Assembly (NCBI GenBank): GCA_947303225.1
Contig: CAMYXG010000002.1
Coordinates: 1-33,502, forward strand
DNA length: 33,502 nucleotides
Direction of reading: 5' to 3'
From: an uncultured Bacillales bacterium
GTDB taxonomy: Bacteria > Bacillota_I > Bacilli_A > RF39 > UBA660
The position numbers were made by a program, and so were the translations under genes. Positions 26,296 to 33,502 of the stretch are shown here, piece after piece. Numbering within the stretch: the stretch's first letter is position 1; every line of letters starts with the position of its first letter. The notes beneath the pieces are model-generated. The model saw only the letters and a program-made list of their open reading frames with translations, was not told the origin of the DNA and made no database searches.

Positions 26296-27572
26296 CTTAC
26301 ACCATATCCTCTTCTTTCACCTTGTCCACCTCTTCCACCACCCATCATTTGATTGGTGATTTCTGTTGATTCTTCTCCATTTATGATCATTGTTCCACCA
26401 GAATATTTTGCTTCTCCGTCATAATCGAATGGTGAATTAGCTGTAATGTTGATGGTTCCTCCTTTGATATAGATATTGCCATTTGAATCGATAGCATCGG
26501 TATCACCTGAACCCATTTTAATGGTTAATGTTCCACCACTTATTTCTATTGTAGGTGTATACTTGCTTGATTTATTTCCAGCATTGATTCCATCGTCTGA
26601 TGCATTTATCGTTGTTTCTCCGTTATTTATTTTTACATAAGTTGCTTCGATTCCTTCTCCTGCATCTAACGTTAATTCTCCACCATTTATTTCGACTAAT
26701 CCATCGGCATGAATGGCATCATCCTTACTATTAATCATTATTTCACCTTTATTTATGGTAATATTTTCATTCGAATGAATTCCATCATCGGCTGAGTTAA
26801 TTTCATACTTACCTCCATCTATTGTTAATTGTTTTTCTGCTTTTAATCCTTTTGCTGATACATTATTGGTATCTGTTGTTGTTATAATGAAGGTACCATC
26901 TGTAATGGATAGGTTTGTTTCTGCTTGAATCGCATCTTCTTTACTAGTAATTTTAAAATTTCCATTTTGAATGGTTATTACTCCTTTATCACTCTCTTCC
27001 ATATTGGTTGATTGTATTCCATCTCCTCCTGAAGTAATGGTAAAGTCTCCATTTTCTATGGTTACCTCATCTTTTCCTTTCAGTGCATCATCATCTGATT
27101 TGATTGTATACGTTCCACTTTTTATTATTAAACGGTCTTTTGATACAATACCATCATAATTTGAAGTTAATGTTAAGTTTCCATCTCCTGATAGAATTAA
27201 ATCTTCTTTTGAAAAAATAGCTCCTTCTAAGTTTTCTACTGTATTGGCAGAAATAGTATTATCTCCTTTTAAAACAATATTCACCTCATCGGCTTCTTCT
27301 ATGTTTATTGCAGGTCCACTTTCACAAGTAATATTTGCATTGTCTAATACTAGTTCTATATCTTGAGTTGTATTTATAATAATACATTCATTGGTACCAG
27401 TAATTTCATGGGTACCTCCTTCTGTAATATTGGTAGTATTCTTGCTTTTAGTCGTTTTATTTGAAATTGTATTATCTGAATGCTTATTATTCATAGCAAT
27501 CATCATACTGAATAATACTATTGTAATAACTAGTATAACGATTGCTGGTAACATTTGTTTTTTTCTTTTCAA
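26292..27572 (-). CDS. secreted or anchored parallel beta-helix repeat protein (DUF4353-like 'carbohydrate-binding domain' family, from memory)
   Basis: Has an N-terminal TM, then periodic DDGI(H/N)x / DDAIHA / GDGIQS / EDAIQA repeats with TI/TL strands, and a Gly/Arg-rich C-terminus (MMGGGRGGQGERRGYGVR). Confidence 0.55.
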   Translation of the reverse strand: MKRKKQMLPAIVILVITIVLFSMMIAMNNKHSDNTISNKTTKSKNTTNITEGGTHEITGTNECIIINTTQDIELVLDNANITCESGPAINIEEADEVNIVLKGDNTISANTVENLEGAIFSKEDLILSGDGNLTLTSNYDGIVSKDRLIIKSGTYTIKSDDDALKGKDEVTIENGDFTITSGGDGIQSTNMEESDKGVITIQNGNFKITSKEDAIQAETNLSITDGTFIITTTDTNNVSAKGLKAEKQLTIDGGKYEINSADDGIHSNENITINKGEIMINSKDDAIHADGLVEINGGELTLDAGEGIEATYVKINNGETTINASDDGINAGNKSSKYTPTIEISGGTLTIKMGSGDTDAIDSNGNIYIKGGTINITANSPFDYDGEAKYSGGTMIINGEESTEITNQMMGGGRGGQGERRGYGVR

Positions 27573-28355
27573 TTATCTTACTCTCCTTTCTTTAATCCCT
27601 AATGAATAGACTCCCTTATATTTTTCATTAATAAATAGCTGTACATATTTTTCATTCTTTGATAATGTTTCTGCTTTGGTAATTTTATAGTCATCTTGTT
27701 TTGGCATTCCAAATATTGAAATATGATTTTCTCTTTCGTTATGTCCTAGTGATTCCTTTATTAGAGAAAAACGATATTCTTGATCATCTTTTATTATCTT
27801 TAATGATCCTTTTGATTTTAACACTCTTTGAATAGAATCTATATCATTATCAAATAATTCTATATTCACATCTATTCTTCCATGATTATCATTTTCTTCT
27901 TTCATAATACTTAAAATCGGATAATTTGTAGTGACAAGAGAATAGATGTGATAAGTATGTTTATCATATATCATTATTTTTGTTTTATTGTCTTTTTCTA
28001 ATAAGTTATCTGTTATTGATTGATTGATGGCTATTTTGATATGATTTGGTTTATATTGAATGGAAGGATTATATTTGGTAGATGATTCTATCATTGAATA
28101 ATAGATGATATTGTCTTCTTCATCTATCATTAAATTGTAATCATTAAATGTTATGTTTTGAAATCTTAATTTGGTACTATTTTCTCTACTACTAATGATT
28201 TTATTCCATTTTTCTTTCGATACTATTAAATTCTGATATTTACTCTTTTTTGATAATAAGAATAATAATCCTATCATAGAGAATGTTAGTAACAAAATGA
28301 TTCCTAAGAGTATTTTTCTTTTTTTGTTAGACAATGTCATCTGCATCATACTCAA
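27573..28355 (-). CDS. CotH-like protein, N-terminal region only (no kinase core seen)
   Basis: An N-terminal TM, then blocks resembling CotH family N-terminal regions, ending at LFINEKYKGVYSLGIKE (compare the NGxYxGxYxLxEK block). The ORF stops 3 nt before the next gene's ATG. Confidence 0.4.
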   Translation of the reverse strand: MSMMQMTLSNKKRKILLGIILLLTFSMIGLLFLLSKKSKYQNLIVSKEKWNKIISSRENSTKLRFQNITFNDYNLMIDEEDNIIYYSMIESSTKYNPSIQYKPNHIKIAINQSITDNLLEKDNKTKIMIYDKHTYHIYSLVTTNYPILSIMKEENDNHGRIDVNIELFDNDIDSIQRVLKSKGSLKIIKDDQEYRFSLIKESLGHNERENHISIFGMPKQDDYKITKAETLSKNEKYVQLFINEKYKGVYSLGIKERRVR

Positions 28356-28989
28356 TAATAGAGTATTTAGTAACCTTTTTGTTATTTGATAATTCTTGTT
28401 TTAATCCTTCTATATCTTTTACTGTTAATTCTATTGCATAATCATATCCTTTATTTGTATAGTTTCTTGATTTAAATCGATTATTTATTTTTTGTTCTTT
28501 AAAATACTCTTTTAATTCTTGTTCTAGGTCTTTTTCACTACGTAGTATTAATACAATTGGTTGCCTTCCAAACTTTACATGTTCTAATACCACTAATACT
28601 ATTGTAACGATAATAGAAGTTAAAACACCTACTTCAAATAGTTGACAACCACATACTATACCAATATAAACACTCCATAATAGATATAACATATCGGTTG
28701 GATCTTTAATAGCTGTTCTAAAACGAATAATTGCTAAGGCTCCTATAGTACCTAGTGTAATAATAATATTAGATTGTAGGCATAATATAATCGTTGATAT
28801 AAAGAATGGTAATATGGTTATGGTAATATTAAATGATTTATTATAAAAAGAACGATGTGATATAAAGCGATATACAAAGAATTCGTATATTGCTAATAAT
28901 AAAACCATCAATAATACCGAAATAATAGTTAATGTTGTAATACTCTCATTAGAGTATAGATTAATAATATTTTCAAATAATTCTATCAT
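28327..28989 (-). CDS. DUF4956-like membrane protein
   Basis: Multi-TM N-terminal half with ALAIIRFRTAIKDPTDMLYLLWS, typical of DUF4956 (recalled from memory). Adjacent to the VTC gene. Confidence 0.6.
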   Translation of the reverse strand: MIELFENIINLYSNESITTLTIISVLLMVLLLAIYEFFVYRFISHRSFYNKSFNITITILPFFISTIILCLQSNIIITLGTIGALAIIRFRTAIKDPTDMLYLLWSVYIGIVCGCQLFEVGVLTSIIVTIVLVVLEHVKFGRQPIVLILRSEKDLEQELKEYFKEQKINNRFKSRNYTNKGYDYAIELTVKDIEGLKQELSNNKKVTKYSIIEYDADDIV

Positions 28990-28999
28990 TTTCTCTCTC

Positions 29000-29698
29000 C
29001 TATCTCATATATGAATCAATGATTTTTCTACCATAATAATATTTTGAAAAAGAACTTTGTTGGAAGTTATAGGACTCTACTATATTTCTAATATAAGATG
29101 GTAAAATATCATCAAATTTAATTTCTAAAATATTTATTCCATTGGGATTAATATAATATTTTGAATAATCTCCTTCTAAGAATCTATCTAATTCGTATGA
29201 TGCTGATATTTTCATATCGAATGTAATTCTGACATTTGTAGCTTCTTCTACATAGGCTATTCTTTCATAATCAATAATTACTTTTGGCTCATAGTGATAT
29301 AGTAAGATATCTCGAGCAAGTTCTTTGATTTCTTTTTTCTTTGTACTATATACTAGTTCTGTGATATCTCCTTCTATAATTTTTTTATATTCTTCTTTTG
29401 TTAGATGACAGCTTTTTTTATGACATCTACTTTCTTTTTTTTCTTTTCTTTCTAACACTATATAATCTAATTCATTATTATAATATCGAATTCTCCATTT
29501 AAAGCGTTTGGAAAGACCAGCGTTTGTAGAATATAATCCGGAATCTTTATAATCATCAAAATATAAGGAATGAATAAGGTATCTACCATTTTTTGGAGTA
29601 TGTGGATCTTTTTCTAATACTTCAGATATTCTGGAATGTAATAGAGATAGTTCTTGATTGGTTAAACGATATTTCCATTCATTCCGATATTTTTTCAT
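29000..29698 (-). CDS. VTC-domain (polyphosphate polymerase-like, CYTH/triphosphate-tunnel) protein
   Basis: Has YRNEWKY (an ExK tunnel motif), SLYFDD, KRFKWRIRYY and LERKEK. Start set at ATG 29698 (GGTGA RBS); the track start is at 29725. Confidence 0.65.
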   Translation of the reverse strand: MKKYRNEWKYRLTNQELSLLHSRISEVLEKDPHTPKNGRYLIHSLYFDDYKDSGLYSTNAGLSKRFKWRIRYYNNELDYIVLERKEKKESRCHKKSCHLTKEEYKKIIEGDITELVYSTKKKEIKELARDILLYHYEPKVIIDYERIAYVEEATNVRITFDMKISASYELDRFLEGDYSKYYINPNGINILEIKFDDILPSYIRNIVESYNFQQSSFSKYYYGRKIIDSYMR

Positions 29699-29734
29699 TT
29701 CATCACCTACTTTCCTATAAGCCATTCTGCATCA

Positions 29735-29743
29735 ATTATATCA
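29735..29743 (-). promoter_or_regulatory. extended -10 element (TGATATAAT) upstream of the VTC operon
   Basis: Read on the minus strand, 37 nt upstream of ATG 29698. The -35 element is weak. Confidence 0.35.
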
Positions 29744-29844
29744 TATCTAAAATGCAGAACAAACTCTTATTTCCTTCCCTCTTATGAAAGATATTTTTCT
29801 CTTTCATGATTATTATTGTAAAAAAGAAAGATTAAAAGAACATT

Positions 29845-29869
29845 AAAAAAGAATAGTTTTCTATTCTTT
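29845..29869 (-). terminator. intrinsic terminator after 29873..30103
   Basis: Stem AGAATAG/CTATTCT (29850-29856 / 29861-29867) with a TTTT loop, followed by a T-run on the minus strand. Confidence 0.6.
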
Positions 29870-29872
29870 CTT

Positions 29873-30103
29873 CTATCCTATACAAAATAGTAGAATTCCA
29901 ATTCCTAGTAGGATGCTTCCTATTATAATGATAATTCTACCTATTTTTTTTAATTCTTCCTTTGTTATATTTTTCATACTAACTTGAGCACGTCCAAATA
30001 ATAATTCATTTTTATGCCCTGTATAAAAATAGATCCCCACTAGTATTAATAAAGTACCAAATATACTGATTAGGGTTCTTATTCCAATAATATCTTCTGA
30101 CAT
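29873..30103 (-). CDS. small two-TM membrane protein (76 aa)
   Basis: Two hydrophobic helices. AAAGGAG RBS. 11 nt downstream of the Isf-like gene. Confidence 0.5.
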   Translation of the reverse strand: MSEDIIGIRTLISIFGTLLILVGIYFYTGHKNELLFGRAQVSMKNITKEELKKIGRIIIIIGSILLGIGILLFCIG

Positions 30104-30114
30104 TTTTATCTCCT

Positions 30115-30741
30115 TTACTCTAGTCCATCTGAAAAACTGGTAAATATAGTGTGTTCTTGTTTTGGTAAACCTTCTTTTTCTTTTTGATTATGTATGGCTT
30201 TTATTAAGAAAGACATATTTCTTCCTAAATTTCTCATTGTTTGTAATCCTTCTACGTCTTTTTCTACATCTTTTTCTGAAAAGCCATGTACTTCATTCCA
30301 ATAAGTACTGGATACAATTGGCATACTAGCAATCGTAAAGTACTTATTGATTTCATCAAAAGCGGATGTTGATCCTGCTCTTCTAGAGGAGATAATTGCT
30401 GCTCCTACTTTCATTGTTTTGTCAAATTGTGTGCTATAAAACAACCTATCTAGGAAAGATATCATAGTTACATTAGAGCCGGAATAATATGTTGGGGTCC
30501 CAAGTACAATTCCATCAGCTTCTTCAAACTTTGGTGCTATTTCAGCTACAGCATCCCCAAATACGCAATGACCTAATTCTCTACATTTCCCACATGAAAT
30601 ACATCCCCTTATGTCTTTATTTCCGATTTGAATTAATTCTGTTTCTATGTGTTCTTTTTCTAATGTATCTTTTACTTCTTTTAAAGCTCTTGCTGTACAA
30701 CCATTTTTATGGGCACTTCCATTAATTAATAATACTTTCAT
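30115..30741 (-). CDS. iron-sulfur flavoprotein (Isf-like, NADPH-dependent FMN reductase fold)
   Basis: Has VLLINGSAHKNGCT and the compact Cys cluster CISCGKCRELGHC (CX2CX2CX5C), plus a flavodoxin-like core. Confidence 0.75.
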   Translation of the reverse strand: MKVLLINGSAHKNGCTARALKEVKDTLEKEHIETELIQIGNKDIRGCISCGKCRELGHCVFGDAVAEIAPKFEEADGIVLGTPTYYSGSNVTMISFLDRLFYSTQFDKTMKVGAAIISSRRAGSTSAFDEINKYFTIASMPIVSSTYWNEVHGFSEKDVEKDVEGLQTMRNLGRNMSFLIKAIHNQKEKEGLPKQEHTIFTSFSDGLE

Positions 30742-30763
30742 ATCTATCCTTCTTTCTAGTTGT

Positions 30764-30772
30764 ATTATATCA
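30764..30772 (-). promoter_or_regulatory. extended -10 element (TGATATAAT) upstream of the Isf-like gene
   Basis: Lies immediately downstream of the terminator at 30772-30797 and 23 nt upstream of ATG 30741. Confidence 0.4.
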
Positions 30773-30797
30773 AAAAAAAGTAGATATTTCTATCTAC
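30772..30797 (-). terminator. intrinsic terminator
   Basis: Stem GTAGATA/TATCTAC (30780-30786 / 30791-30797) with a 4-nt loop, followed by T8 on the minus strand. It lies about 165 nt downstream of the flavin reductase stop. Confidence 0.7.
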
Positions 30798-30960
30798 TCT
30801 CGTCAAGTATGTAATGAGGTGTGTAGAGAAAGAATCATTACAATACTTCACCTGAAGAAAGAAGAATTTGTCCTAATATATTTTGATAGGAACTCTTCAA
30901 TTAATATTCTTCTTTCTAATTTATCTTATCATGAAAATATTAAATGAAAATTAAAAATTA

Positions 30961-31515
30961 TTATTTTAATTCTAATCCATCTTTGAATGCATTTCCGACT
31001 CTTGGTCCGATTTCATAATAACCATGTGTAAATGGATCAAAACTAATTGCATGTAATTTAGAAATATCAACATTCTCTTCGTTCATGACTTCTTCTAATG
31101 CAGAAACTCCAATTACTCTTCCAACGATTCCCCAATTACTTCCATCTTCTATTAATTCACATTCCATACAAACTGGAAATTCATTGATAATTGGAGCATT
31201 GACAAGTTCACTTGGGGTTGCTGATAAACCACTTTTTTCAAACTTATTTTGAGTATCATTACCTGATACTATTCCAAAATAATCAGCTGCTTTCACATTT
31301 TTAGTATCAGCAATACTTACTGTAAATGCTCTATTCCTTCTAATATTTTTTACTGTCTTGTGAGTCCCGGTTAAATTTAGAATTACTTGTCCTCGTTGTA
31401 ACATCGTTCCCCATGCTGCGTTCATCACATCTATTGTACCATCTTCATTGTAAGTAGCAACCATCAATACTGGCATAGGGAAAATAGCTTCTGTATTTTT
31501 TAATTGTTTTCTCAT
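30961..31515 (-). CDS. flavin reductase-like FMN-binding split-barrel protein
   Basis: FPMPVLMVATYNEDGTIDVMNAAWG and its overall length are typical of the flavin reductase domain family. Confidence 0.7.
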   Translation of the reverse strand: MRKQLKNTEAIFPMPVLMVATYNEDGTIDVMNAAWGTMLQRGQVILNLTGTHKTVKNIRRNRAFTVSIADTKNVKAADYFGIVSGNDTQNKFEKSGLSATPSELVNAPIINEFPVCMECELIEDGSNWGIVGRVIGVSALEEVMNEENVDISKLHAISFDPFTHGYYEIGPRVGNAFKDGLELK

Positions 31516-31692
31516 TTTATCATCCTCCTAATGATATTGTATCATACTTTTTACTGTTTTATTCTATTGTTTTTTTGAAATTAAATGTAATAATTATTTC
31601 ATGATTCTTTGTTATAAGTTTCTTTCATCAAAAATTATTATGAATTAAATACTTTTTATTATTTTATTAATTCTTTTTGAATCGATTTATGT

Positions 31693-31698
31693 TATAAT
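31693..31698 (+). promoter_or_regulatory. -10 box (TGtTATAAT) for the dipeptidase gene
   Basis: An extended -10 element 30 nt upstream of ATG 31729. No convincing -35 element. Confidence 0.35.
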
Positions 31699-31728
31699 TG
31701 TTTGGTATTTATGGAAAGGAATGATTCT

Positions 31729-32364
31729 ATGAAAGATAAATTATTATCAGAATTTGTAATTTTAAATGACTATATTCCTGATGCTATTTATGATCTTCGT
31801 TACTATTCTACTAATAATTTTATGGGCAGAAGAGTTCCTGGTTATGTAGAAAATTGTGCTATTTTAAGTAAAAAAGCTGCTAAAGAATTAAAAAAAGTAA
31901 ATGATGAATTAAAAAAAAATCATTTGTGTCTTAAAATATTTGATACTTATCGACCTCAGATGGCAGTAGATGCTTTTTTAGCTTGGTCTTGTGATTATCA
32001 TGATTTAAAAATGAAAAAGTTCTTCTATCCAAATATTCATAAATCTGATTTAATTCCAATGGGATTTATTTCTACTCCTTCTAGTCATAGTCGAGGGAGT
32101 ACGGTTGATTTGACAATTTGTGATCAAAATACAAAACAAGAATTAGATATGGGTGGTTCTTTTGATTATTTTGGTAAAATATCTTATACTTCTTATTCTC
32201 AATTAACTCCTTTACAAAAAAAGAATCGATTCTTTTTACAAGATATTATGAGTCGATATGGGTTTGCTCCTATTGAAGAAGAATGGTGGCATTTTACTTT
32301 AATAGAGGAACCATTTCCTAATACTTATTTTAATTTTCCTGTTAAAAGGTTTCATAAAAAATAA
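31729..32364 (+). CDS. D-alanyl-D-alanine dipeptidase (VanX/DdpX family, M15 zinc peptidase)
   Basis: Has DLRYYSTNNFMG, SSHSRGSTVDLT and EEEWWHF motifs. Start set at ATG 31729 (AAAGGA RBS); the track start is a TTG. Confidence 0.85.
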   Translation: MKDKLLSEFVILNDYIPDAIYDLRYYSTNNFMGRRVPGYVENCAILSKKAAKELKKVNDELKKNHLCLKIFDTYRPQMAVDAFLAWSCDYHDLKMKKFFYPNIHKSDLIPMGFISTPSSHSRGSTVDLTICDQNTKQELDMGGSFDYFGKISYTSYSQLTPLQKKNRFFLQDIMSRYGFAPIEEEWWHFTLIEEPFPNTYFNFPVKRFHKK

Positions 32365-32405
32365 AACAGAAATTCTTAAAATTCTTAAAATTTCTGTTTT
32401 TTATT
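32363..32405. terminator. bidirectional intrinsic terminator
   Basis: A 12-bp stem (32363-32374 / 32389-32400) flanked by T-runs on both strands. It sits between convergent genes. Confidence 0.65.
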
Positions 32406-32827
32406 TTATTCTGTTCTTAAAGCTTCTACTGGGTCTTTATTCGCAGCCATTCTTGCTGGTCTGCTTCCAGCAAGAACATTTAATAGAATACTTAATAGTA
32501 TCAAAACTACAGCACTTCCTAATGGCATACTTGCTATATGATTATAGTTCTTATTCACTAACCCAGCAATTCCATTAACGATTCCATCTATTATAAATGC
32601 AATTCCTACTCCTAAAGATCCTGCTATAAATCCTTCAATCATTAAATCTCCACTATCATATTGATCCAATCCTCCAATGATATTTAGTAAAGTAGTCTTT
32701 CCACTTCCACTAGATCCTAGGATTGAAGTACATTCACATCTTCTAAAAGAAATAGTAATTCCTTTCAATACTGTTTGTTTATTTTCTCCGACATTATAGC
32801 TTTTTTAATATTTTTTAATTCTAGCAT
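32406..32827 (-). pseudogene. decayed ABC transporter gene (fused ATPase/FtsX-type permease): frameshift plus large internal deletion
   Basis: ATG 32827 (GGAG RBS) reads MLELKNIKKAIMSEKINKQY*. A shift of one frame gives ...SYNVGENKQTVLKGITISF..GSSGSGKTTLLNIIGGLDQYDSGDLMIEG, which joins directly to an FtsX C-terminus (...AGSRPARMAANKDPVEALRTE). Confidence 0.65.
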
Positions 32828-32890
32828 TATCCCGCTCCTTATCTGCGTTTATTATAATCTTTTTTTAATTTTTTTCAACTTATCTCTTTT

Positions 32891-33439
32891 CTATACTTTT
32901 TCTAATAATGCTATTATATCCTCTTCTATATCTTTGGGATTAAATGTTGGAGCATATCTTTTCACGGCATTTCCGTCTTTATCTACTAGAAATTTTGTAA
33001 AGTTCCATTTAATATCCTCTGGTTTCACACAAGTAGTGCTGATTTTTTTGATAGCTTTCATTGCCATTTTATTTTTCATTCCTTTGATTTCTTCTGTTGG
33101 TTGCTGTTGCTTTAAAATAGTAAATACTTTGCATTCATTATCTCCATTTACTTCAATTTTTTTTAATTGATCAAATTTTGTTTTATATTTTCCTGTACAA
33201 AATTCATGTATCTCGTTATCACTTCCTGGAGCTTGATGTCCAAATTGGTTACAAGGAAAATCTAATACTTCAAATCCTTTATCATGATACTTTTCATATA
33301 AACTCTCTATTGCTTCATACTGAGGAGTAAAACCACATCCTGTTGCTGTATTTACTACTAATGATACTTTTCCTTTTAAAGTACTTAAATCAATATCTTC
33401 TCCTTTCCTATTTTTCACAACTTCATTATATATACTCAT
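32891..33439 (-). CDS. gpx: glutathione peroxidase (Cys-type)
   Basis: Has NTATGCGFTPQY (catalytic Cys), FPCNQFGHQAPG and WNFTKFLVDK. Confidence 0.9.
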   Translation of the reverse strand: MSIYNEVVKNRKGEDIDLSTLKGKVSLVVNTATGCGFTPQYEAIESLYEKYHDKGFEVLDFPCNQFGHQAPGSDNEIHEFCTGKYKTKFDQLKKIEVNGDNECKVFTILKQQQPTEEIKGMKNKMAMKAIKKISTTCVKPEDIKWNFTKFLVDKDGNAVKRYAPTFNPKDIEEDIIALLEKV

Positions 33440-33502
33440 CTATAACTATCCTCGTATAATCAATCTTATAGAAATGTTAATCTATCTGATTGATCCTTTC
33501 TA

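Noticed and set aside
32775-33170. A 131-aa plus-strand ORF.
   Set aside because: It is antisense to the glutathione peroxidase gene and to the pseudogene leader. Its hydrophobic low-complexity sequence is an artefact.
1-33502. A search for CRISPR arrays, transposases, integrases, phage modules, toxin-antitoxin pairs and rRNA.
   Set aside because: There are no regularly spaced direct repeats with unique spacers, and no ORFs with DDE, tyrosine- or serine-recombinase or phage structural motifs. The only tandem repeat (9929-9976) is in-frame coding sequence.

Overview
This is a strongly AT-rich chromosomal segment of low-GC Gram-positive (Bacillota) type, using the standard genetic code. About 41 real genes are packed tightly, and all but one lie on the minus strand. 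I saw no transposase, integrase, CRISPR array or rRNA. Most plus-strand ORFs in the track are antisense artefacts.

Recognisable content, in coordinate order:
- a capsule/EPS tyrosine-kinase regulatory trio (CpsC-, CpsD- and CpsB-like)
- gltX with a tRNA-Gln(CUG) just upstream
- ldh, and pyrB-pyrI
- many small redox/detoxification genes: NUDIX, cupin, CMD, PNPOx-like, DJ-1/PfpI, an aldo-keto reductase with a 4Fe-4S domain, flavodoxin, an Isf-like flavoprotein, flavin reductase and glutathione peroxidase
- a VTC / DUF4956 / CotH-like / beta-helix / MBL cluster
- a VanX/DdpX-type dipeptidase, the only plus-strand gene
- a decayed ABC-transporter pseudogene

Candidates for undescribed biology, best first:
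1. A translationally coupled module (13091->8018) made of a divergent YfiH/LACC1-like enzyme, a 159-aa helical protein and a 1204-aa coiled-coil protein. The large protein's HD phosphohydrolase motifs are split by an insertion of about 310 aa.
2. A consensus sigma-A promoter, a structured leader of about 110 nt and an intrinsic terminator, all preceding a four-gene operon of unknown envelope proteins (7803->5337).
3. An uncharacterised protein family present as two copies 14 kb apart that share a 27-nt identical core.
4. Tandem paralogs that fuse a two-TM, Cys-flanked N-terminal module to a penicillin-binding/beta-lactamase-fold domain.

Every functional call rests on motif recognition by eye. 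No database search was run.
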